DNA of 25,407 nucleotides from Candidatus Methanophagales archaeon (GTDB lineage Archaea; Halobacteriota; Syntropharchaeia; Alkanophagales; Methanospirareceae): NCBI GenBank assembly GCA_030668065.1, contig DAOUUS010000001.1, positions 1 to 25,407 of the forward strand, read 5' to 3'. Shown piece by piece: positions 19,961 to 25,407 of this stretch (position 1 is its first letter; each line of letters starts with the position of its first letter). The notes under the pieces were generated by a model. It saw only the letters and a program-made list of their open reading frames with translations, ran no database searches and was not told where the DNA came from. The position numbers and the translations under genes were made by a program.

Positions 19961-20119
19961 CCTTGTTTGTCTACCTTGTCATTCACCATCCAGACGAGCC
20001 TGGCATCGGCGGAAAGGTTCAGCGGAGCCGATGCAGGATAGAACATCCTGCCGTTGAAGGCAACTGTGGTTCCGTAATCCTGGACAGGGGTAAGGGGAAC
20101 GTATGCCTTAGGATACTCA

Positions 20120-20525
20120 ACAAGTTCCAATTTCCATTTTTGCCAATCCAAACCAAGATAATCCCATTGGCAGATGTTGTTCCCGTCCCCATGACCGATG
20201 TCGACATTTACACACTTGCCGCTGTGTTTATTAATAATCTTGTACCAACCATCACCAACAGGTTCCAATTTCCATTTTTGCCAATCCAAACCAGCATATT
20301 CCCATTGGCAGATGTTGTTCCCGTCCCCATGACCGATGTCGACATTTACACACTTGCCGTTGTGTTTATTAATAATCTTGTACCAACCGTCATCAACAGG
20401 TTCCAATTTCCATTTTTGCCAATCCAAACCAAGATAATCCCATTGGCAGATGTTGTTCCCGTCCCCATGACCGATGTCGACATTTACACACTTGCCGTTG
20501 TGTTTATTAACAATTTTGTAGTAGC
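20120..20525 (-). repeat. ricin-B lectin domain 1 built from three near-identical 138-bp (46-aa) repeats
   Basis: TTCCAATTTCCATTTTTGCCAATCC at 20125, 20263, 20401; unit YKI.NKH.GKCVNVDIGHGDGNNICQW.Y.GLDWQKWKLE. Confidence 0.9.
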
Positions 20526-21089
20526 CTTCAGTGACTACAATACCATAATCATTCACCTGTGATTGCGCAGGAACCTGACTTGCGTTTAACTCAAGCATGG
20601 GCTGAATTTGCACGTCATCCTTAGAGTAATCCAGGTCTTTTATCTGCCCTTTGTCGTCATACGGCCAGTCCCAGCTTTGCAAAGGCAGCTTCAGATGCTC
20701 AGGATTCTTGGGTCTTATCTGTAAATCTATGTAGGTAGCATTCCCATTCGTTTTTATGTCAAAGTGGGATTTATTGTTAATAGTGGATTTGGAGAAAGGT
20801 GAGCGGTCCAGACCATCCACAACACCGTCACCATCGTTATCAGAATCCCATGCGTTGGGAATGCCATCACCATCAACGTCAAGCGAGACATTTGTCGTTT
20901 TCACCTCGAAGTAATCTCCCAGCCCGTCACCGTTTGAGTCTGCCTTCAGCGGGTCGGTGCCGATACTCATGTTTCTAACTTCATAAGAATCATTTAACAA
21001 GTCGAAGTCAGAATCGCGGTTGTTCGGATCGGTGCTGATAACGAGTTCTACGCTGTTTGGTAGGCCATCACCATCATTATCGCGCTGCG

Positions 21090-21935
21090 AGAACTTCTGT
21101 ATTCGGTTATTATCGGTATCGGCAACGTAAACAATACCATCAGCAGCCACTGCAATTCCCTTCGGTAATTTGAACTGACCATCATCAGTGCCTTCGCTTC
21201 CCCAGCCTAACATAAAAGTACCGTTATAATCAAACTTCTGGATGCGATAGTTTCCGGTATCAGCGACATATACATTTCCGCTGCTGTCCACGGCCATTCC
21301 ATGTGGCAGATCGAACAGCCCTTCTTCTGAACCTTCCTTTCCCCAGTCCATGATGAACTTACCAGAGGCATTGAACTTCTGGATGCGATAGTTTCCGGTA
21401 TCAGCGACATATACATTTCCGCTGCTGTCCACGGCAATTCCCTGTGGCAGATCGAACTGCCCGTCCGCAGCGCCTTCGCTTCCCCAGTTCGTGATGAATC
21501 CGCCGGAAGAATTGAACTTCTGGATGCGATTGTTGCCTGTATCGGCGACAAAAACAGTGCCGGCGATGTCTACGGCGATGCCCGCTGGATTCTTGAACTG
21601 CCCGTCGGCAGCGCCTTCGCTTCCTCATTCGGTAATAAATGTGCCGTTTCGGTCGAATTTCAGGACACAGTGATCGTCCTTTGCCGTTACGTAGACAAAG
21701 TCATCGGGACTCACTGCGATGCCATAAGGTAAGAGGATTTCTGCACCTTCGGCAATATTGGTTTCCCGCTTTATTAACCATCTGATTATAAATGTGCCGT
21801 TCGAGTGGTACTTCTGGACGCAACGATTCTCCGTATCGGCTACATAGACATTCCCCTCACTGTCAACTGCTACATCCCACGGTTCTTTAAATTTACCGGG
21901 GGTTTGCCCTTCACTTCCCCATTTCGAGATGAATA
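21090..21935 (-). repeat. six NHL repeats (6-bladed beta-propeller) within the giant gene
   Basis: Units WG.EG..DGQF..P.GIAVD..G.VYVADT.N.RIQKF; the third has the TGA in place of Trp. Confidence 0.9.
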
Positions 21936-22233
21936 CGATTTCTGGTCCCGGAGTTGCATTAATCAGCCCTTCCACGTCTATCCTGCTGTCATGGTGATTC
22001 GCGGCATCGCGCATTTGCGCGAGTGCGGTCAAAGCGGTAGCTGTTTCGGATGAGAGATAAGAAGGCTCCGAGTTCGGTGAATTTGTGTTTTGTGCGGGAT
22101 TCGCGATAGCGGGCTGTAAAGCGGCGGCTATGAGTACGACTACTGCGAAGAGTGCGAATATATGTGTCCCCTTTGATTTTTGCATGTGCATGACTAGAAA
22201 ACGAAGAATATATTAAGTATCACAAGCACCGAT

Positions 22234-22248
22234 CTTATAAGACTTTCG
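22234..22248 (-). promoter_or_regulatory. putative BRE/TATA promoter of the giant gene
   Basis: Minus strand CGAAAGTCTTATAAG ~45 bp upstream of the start; conserved in the paralogous copy at 23761-23804. Confidence 0.55.
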
Positions 22249-22366
22249 ATTTTTTCCGGGTTTGGAGTACAAAAGGTAATAAGGGTACTCACAAATAATA
22301 AATTACCCGAACGGTATCATTTTCCAATGATTTTATAACGCTGATTAACACAGATTTAAAGTAGTG

Positions 22367-22478
22367 TATTGATTTTTTTAATTTCTATTCCACCCGTACG
22401 TAAAAACTTAATAATCAGGGCAGTAGTGTCTGTGTAAATCTGTGAAATCTGTGTCTATGATAATTATCAAAATGGGTA
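22367..22478 (-). repeat. dispersed repeat B, right (inverted) copy
   Basis: Reverse complement matches 13532-13639; contains ATCTGTG periodic arm at ~22430-22455. Confidence 0.85.
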
Positions 22479-22604
22479 CCGTGTCGGCGACATAGACGAG
22501 GTCGGTGTTGTTGTTACCGCTCGGGTACAGGGCGATGCTGCGGGGAAGCTTGAATTCCCCGGCCTTCCCCTATCTGCGATGAAAGTGCCGTTGGGGTAGA
22601 ACTT
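22479..22604 (-). pseudogene. NHL-repeat fragment of a decayed paralogue
   Basis: Minus strand KKFYPNGTFIA / frameshift / GKAGEFKLPRSIALYPSGNNNTDLVYVADT, cut exactly where repeat B begins. Confidence 0.7.
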
Positions 22605-22635
22605 CTTTTAAAACTTTCGGTGGTTTTATATTTTT

Positions 22636-22911
22636 ATGAAAATTGTAATTTACTGGACACGCTCTTCCATTGAGCATATAGCGAAGCACGAGGTGAAGGC
22701 GAAGGAAGTAGAAGAGGGACTAAAAGACAGAAATGTCTATTTATGGAAAGAGAAGCATAGAAAAGTCCCTTATCTTTACTGTATTGGTAACACTGGTGAA
22801 AGATACCTATTCATTGTTTTAAAATATTCCAAACGCTATAATAGATATATCCCCATATCAGCAAGAGATGCAACGGAAAAGGAGAAAAAGTTATATAAGC
22901 GCAAAAAATGA
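22636..22911 (+). CDS. brnT: BrnT-like (DUF497) RNase toxin
   Basis: 91 aa basic protein; W....EHIAKHEV...EVEE...IGNT..RYLFIV...ISARDATEKEKKLY matches the BrnT pattern. Confidence 0.75.
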   Translation: MKIVIYWTRSSIEHIAKHEVKAKEVEEGLKDRNVYLWKEKHRKVPYLYCIGNTGERYLFIVLKYSKRYNRYIPISARDATEKEKKLYKRKK

Positions 22912-22921
22912 AAATAATAAT

Positions 22922-23194
22922 ATGAACAAGGAAAACCCTCCCCTGGTAGAAATAGATTCGAGAGAAGTAGAATCGGTTGAAGACATTGCTTACGGGATGC
23001 ACTATCGAGTAAAAGGAGGTCTCCAGGTCGAATCTAATCTCTCTGAACTCGTGGAGGAAATGGAACTAAATACAAAAGTTCAAATTATAGGGGAAGATGT
23101 GGAAATACCGGTTAACGAATTTATATACGAGAGACTCAAAGGGAAAAGGATAAGGGTTGTGATGCAGGGAAAGAAGGACTCGATAGTGCCATGA
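22922..23194 (+). CDS. small acidic hypothetical protein, candidate antitoxin
   Basis: ATG 10 bp after the toxin stop; 90 aa with acidic N-terminal part. No recognisable BrnA motif, so the call is positional only. Confidence 0.5.
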   Translation: MNKENPPLVEIDSREVESVEDIAYGMHYRVKGGLQVESNLSELVEEMELNTKVQIIGEDVEIPVNEFIYERLKGKRIRVVMQGKKDSIVP

Positions 23195-23332
23195 TAAGGG
23201 AGGAGAATTATGGGAACGTCACTCCTCCATGAATCGCCTGCGAAGTTCCGCAAGCTTTTCGGTTGGGAGATTGATTATCCTGGAGAAAATCCCAATCATA
23301 AGGCAAGTCCATCTTACTACCTCCTTTTAAAA

Positions 23333-23630
23333 GTCCATATACAGGACGATGCTGCGGGGGCGATTGAACTGCCCTTCCCCTGCGCCTTCGCTTCTCCATT
23401 GTGCGGTGAAGGTGCCGTTAGCGAAGAACTTCTGGATGCTGTTATTTCCCACATCTGCACGAGCGAGGCTAATGCGGATGCCGTTGCCCCCGTGACGTAA
23501 GAGGGCTCGGAGGTTGAAATTGTATCTTGAGGGTTTTCACAGGGGAAGCGATGGCTGTTGTAAAGCCGCGGCTAAGAAGCACGAATATTGCGAAAACGGC
23601 GAAGATATGAGCTGATTTTGGCATAGGCAT
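23333..23630 (-). pseudogene. 5' remnant of a paralogue of the giant NHL surface-protein gene
   Basis: MPMPKSAHIFAVFAIFVLL (cf. MHMQKSKGTHIFALFAVVVL), SEPSYVTGATASALASLVQM (cf. SEPSYLSSETATALTALAQM), then NNSIQKFFANGTFTAQWRSEGAGEGQFNRPRSIV; several frameshifts and an internal deletion. Confidence 0.8.
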
Positions 23631-23692
23631 ACCTTTTTGGAGCATTATACCATACGATTCTTACCTAAAGAAACAACTTAAAAGCAGGAATC

Positions 23693-23755
23693 GTAATTGT
23701 ATAGCGCGGCACAAAAACCACGAGATTAGCGCAAGATTAGCACAAGAAATGGGGG
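23693..23755 (-). mobile_element. MITE-like element A, right-end fragment in reverse orientation
   Basis: GTAATTGTATAGC...AAAAACCACGAGATT...AGATTAGCACAAGA matches the reverse complement of 2680-2736 including the right TIR. Confidence 0.65.
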
Positions 23756-23760
23756 TCAGA

Positions 23761-23804
23761 TATCACAAGCACCTATTTAAGACTTACGATTTTTTCCGGG
23801 TTTG
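23761..23804 (-). promoter_or_regulatory. duplicated promoter region of the decayed paralogue
   Basis: TATCACAAGCACC...AAGACTT.CGATTTTTTCCGGGTTTG also at 22218-22264. Confidence 0.65.
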
Positions 23805-23827
23805 AAATAAAAAAGGATGTTTTTTTT

Positions 23828-24571
23828 CTATTGCATCATGTCAGGTATCAATCCTATCGGCGCTTCTATCTCCACCTTCTCATTATAGCCGTCAAGATAA
23901 ACCACACTCTCCAACTCCACAGGCGTCACCAACCCCTGGATATTCATCTCAAGTGCTACCCGGTTTTCTATTTTCGTGATATGATAACTACCTTTTTCAA
24001 TCCAATACCTGATAGCAAAATCCTTCAACTCTTCTTCTTTTAAAGTTTCCATGCCCGTCTTCTTCATCTGCTCCACCACATTCGCCTTATCCGGGACAAT
24101 GTCCAGTATCCAACCTTCCGCTTCTTTTTGCATCGTGACATTCGTGGCGTTGTGTAATATCAAGCGTTGTTGTGCCAGTTGGTCACTTTCCCAGACAGAA
24201 CCGGAATAACCACTTATGTCCTGTGTTTGCCACGACTCGTTTGATTCTCGCACGTACGCAGTATCGCCGATAATTACCATCTCCACTGTACGGTTCATCA
24301 TAGTCATCGTGGTCCACAGCTTCTTATTTCGGTAATCCACGCTACCTCCGCCGGTTAGCAGCTCATGTTCTTCCCCGTGCATCGAGAGGTTGGTAGAGAT
24401 GTTGAACCGGTACGAGTCCGTGTCTTCTAAAGCGTTAATCGCTCTAATGCTTAATCCCCGTGCATCCGTGACCTCACGATGTGTCGTGTAATAAACTGCG
24501 GATACGATTGCCAATATTATGATGGCAAGAACGGCCAGAAATTTAAAATCTATGCTCGTTTTTTGTGGCAT
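23828..24571 (-). CDS. membrane-anchored secreted protein, LppX/LolA-like fold probable
   Basis: N-terminal TM anchor (FLAVLAIIILAIVSAVYY); pattern DSYRF...G.G.VDY...EMVIIGDTAYVR...W...RYWIEKGSYHITKI...YLDGYNEKVEIEAP resembles LppX/LprAFG/DUF6612-type proteins. Confidence 0.6.
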   Translation of the reverse strand: MPQKTSIDFKFLAVLAIIILAIVSAVYYTTHREVTDARGLSIRAINALEDTDSYRFNISTNLSMHGEEHELLTGGGSVDYRNKKLWTTMTMMNRTVEMVIIGDTAYVRESNESWQTQDISGYSGSVWESDQLAQQRLILHNATNVTMQKEAEGWILDIVPDKANVVEQMKKTGMETLKEEELKDFAIRYWIEKGSYHITKIENRVALEMNIQGLVTPVELESVVYLDGYNEKVEIEAPIGLIPDMMQ

Positions 24572-24694
24572 GTAACAGTATAGGGAAGTGTCTTTAAAGC
24601 TTATATAAAACTACTGTGTACTGTGTGATAGCCTTTTAGTTTTATTATTTAGCGGGTTATTGAATAAAAAGAAGCATGGGGGCAGAAGATAACT

Positions 24695-25407
24695 ATGAGG
24701 GATGTAGCGATAATAGGTGTAGGACATACAAAATTTGGGCGCGCTTCAAAGACGTCACTTGAATTGTTCTCAGAAGCGTCACTGCAAGCGATGGATGATG
24801 CGGGAGTAGTCGGAGCGGATATAGAAGCGCTATTTCAGGGTGCCGCGCTACCGGGTTTTGAGGAAGGGCAAGTAATGCCGGCAGCATTCTCGGCGGCGGA
24901 ACTCAACCTGGGACCAATACCAGCAACACGGTACGAAGGCGCATGTGCATCGGCTTCTGTTGCGATACGAGACGCGGAAATGTGGGTAAGTTCAGGAGAA
25001 TGCGACATTGTGTTAGCAGGCGGAGTGGAAAAAGCGTTGACTATGGGCACGGCGTTTGCAACAAGGACATTCGCAATGAGTTGTCATACACCGACTGAAG
25101 GCGCGGTTGGGCTCACATTCCCGGGTGTATTCGCAATGGCTGCGAGGCAATATGCCAAAGGATATGACATACCATTGGATAGCCTACGGGAAAAGATGGC
25201 GCATGTTTCAATAAAGAATCATAGGCACGGCGCTTTAAATCCTCTGGCTCAGTTCTATAAGAAGATGGGTAACCTGAAGGTGGAGGATGTAGTAAACTCG
25301 ATGATGGTTGCAGACCCGCTGACGCTTATGGATTGCTGTCCGTTTTCTGATGGTGCCGCTGCGCTTGTGCTGTGCCCTGCGGAGGATGCGAAGAAATATA
25401 CGGATGA
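24695..25407 (+). CDS. archaeal thiolase (acetyl-CoA acetyltransferase family), 3'-truncated by the window edge
   Basis: Not in the ORF track because it runs off the end: MRDVAIIGVGHTKFG...EGACASA (catalytic Cys)...GGVEK...KNHRHGALNPLAQF...DCCPFSDGAAALVL. Confidence 0.92.
   Translation, partial: MRDVAIIGVGHTKFGRASKTSLELFSEASLQAMDDAGVVGADIEALFQGAALPGFEEGQVMPAAFSAAELNLGPIPATRYEGACASASVAIRDAEMWVSSGECDIVLAGGVEKALTMGTAFATRTFAMSCHTPTEGAVGLTFPGVFAMAARQYAKGYDIPLDSLREKMAHVSIKNHRHGALNPLAQFYKKMGNLKVEDVVNSMMVADPLTLMDCCPFSDGAAALVLCPAEDAKKYTD

Larger units (their letters stand above)
13765..22191 (-). pseudogene. giant (~2,808 codon) multidomain PGF-CTERM surface protein (adhesin/lectin-like) interrupted by one in-frame TGA
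   Basis: ORFs 21625-22191 and 13765-21432 share a frame; the only interruption is TGA at 21625-21627 (FITE*GSEG versus FITNWGSEG in the next repeat). Order: signal peptide, 6 NHL repeats, DxDxDG Ca-binding repeats, ricin-B, 3 FG-GAP-like repeats, hydrophobic helical region, ricin-B, 5 FG-GAP-like repeats, long DxDxDG array, C-terminal domain, poly-Gly, P/T/A linker, IPGFEVALLLIAFAVVTGYLRR (PGF-CTERM). Confidence 0.85.

Noticed and set aside
15875-20525. CRISPR array suggested by regular near-identical repeats
   Set aside because: Periods of 138 and 186-189 bp are multiples of three, lie in one open frame, have no unique spacers, and there are no cas genes.
21625-21627. Alternative genetic code (TGA=Trp) or selenocysteine
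   Set aside because: TGA ends clearly complete genes here (189-191, 11962-11964, 22909-22911), parallel repeats use TGG, and the aligned residue is Trp, not Cys.
13830-21673. Many long antisense and alternative-frame ORFs (e.g. 15712-16692, 16999-17835, 19963-20562)
   Set aside because: Shadows of the repetitive giant CDS; they mirror its periodicity.
13532-22478. Autonomous composite transposon
   Set aside because: No transposase or recombinase inside or next to the inverted repeats and no clear target-site duplication outside them; kept only as a cassette hypothesis.
22526-23359. 20-bp near-direct repeat (22526-22545 / 23340-23359) as att sites
   Set aside because: Both copies encode the PRSI(A/V)LY part of successive NHL repeats, so internal protein repetition explains them.
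23210-23500. 96-aa ORF as a real full-length gene
   Set aside because: Its 3' half is the antisense of the NHL paralogue remnant; at most the first ~40 codons could belong to a truncated gene.
1-25407. tRNA or rRNA genes, archaeosortase, prepilins
   Set aside because: None recognised by eye; tRNAscan and profile searches were not run.

Overview
Archaeal (euryarchaeal) chromosomal window. The PGF-CTERM surface protein, Methanomicrobia-like S-layer-type protein, TFB, archaeal SRP RNA and archaeal thiolase suggest ANME-1/Methanophagales or a related Halobacteriota lineage; the taxonomy is inference. Left part: a large secreted S-layer-like glycoprotein (-) divergent from a + strand cluster of a disrupted membrane-anchored double OB-fold protein, a type II/IV secretion (VirB11/FlaI/TadA-type) ATPase and two TadC/GspF-type membrane proteins, the second frameshifted. 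Middle: trkH, SRP (7S) RNA, a divergent TFB, ADP-ribosylglycohydrolase, an ArsR-type regulator with a C-terminal DUF4430-like domain, and a solitary, atypical trpC. Right part: a ~2,808-codon PGF-CTERM surface protein gene (NHL propeller, Ca-binding DxDxDG repeats, two ricin-B lectin domains, 3+5 FG-GAP-like repeats, internal hydrophobic helical segment) broken by one in-frame TGA at a Trp position. It is flanked by ~110-bp inverted repeats and sits between the head and tail remnants of a paralogous gene; a BrnT-like toxin module interrupts the head remnant. Then an LppX/LolA-like membrane-anchored protein and a thiolase running off the right edge. A 160-bp MITE-like element (13-bp imperfect TIRs, 8-bp TSD) occurs once complete and twice partial. 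All reading-frame lesions seen fall in surface/adhesion genes.
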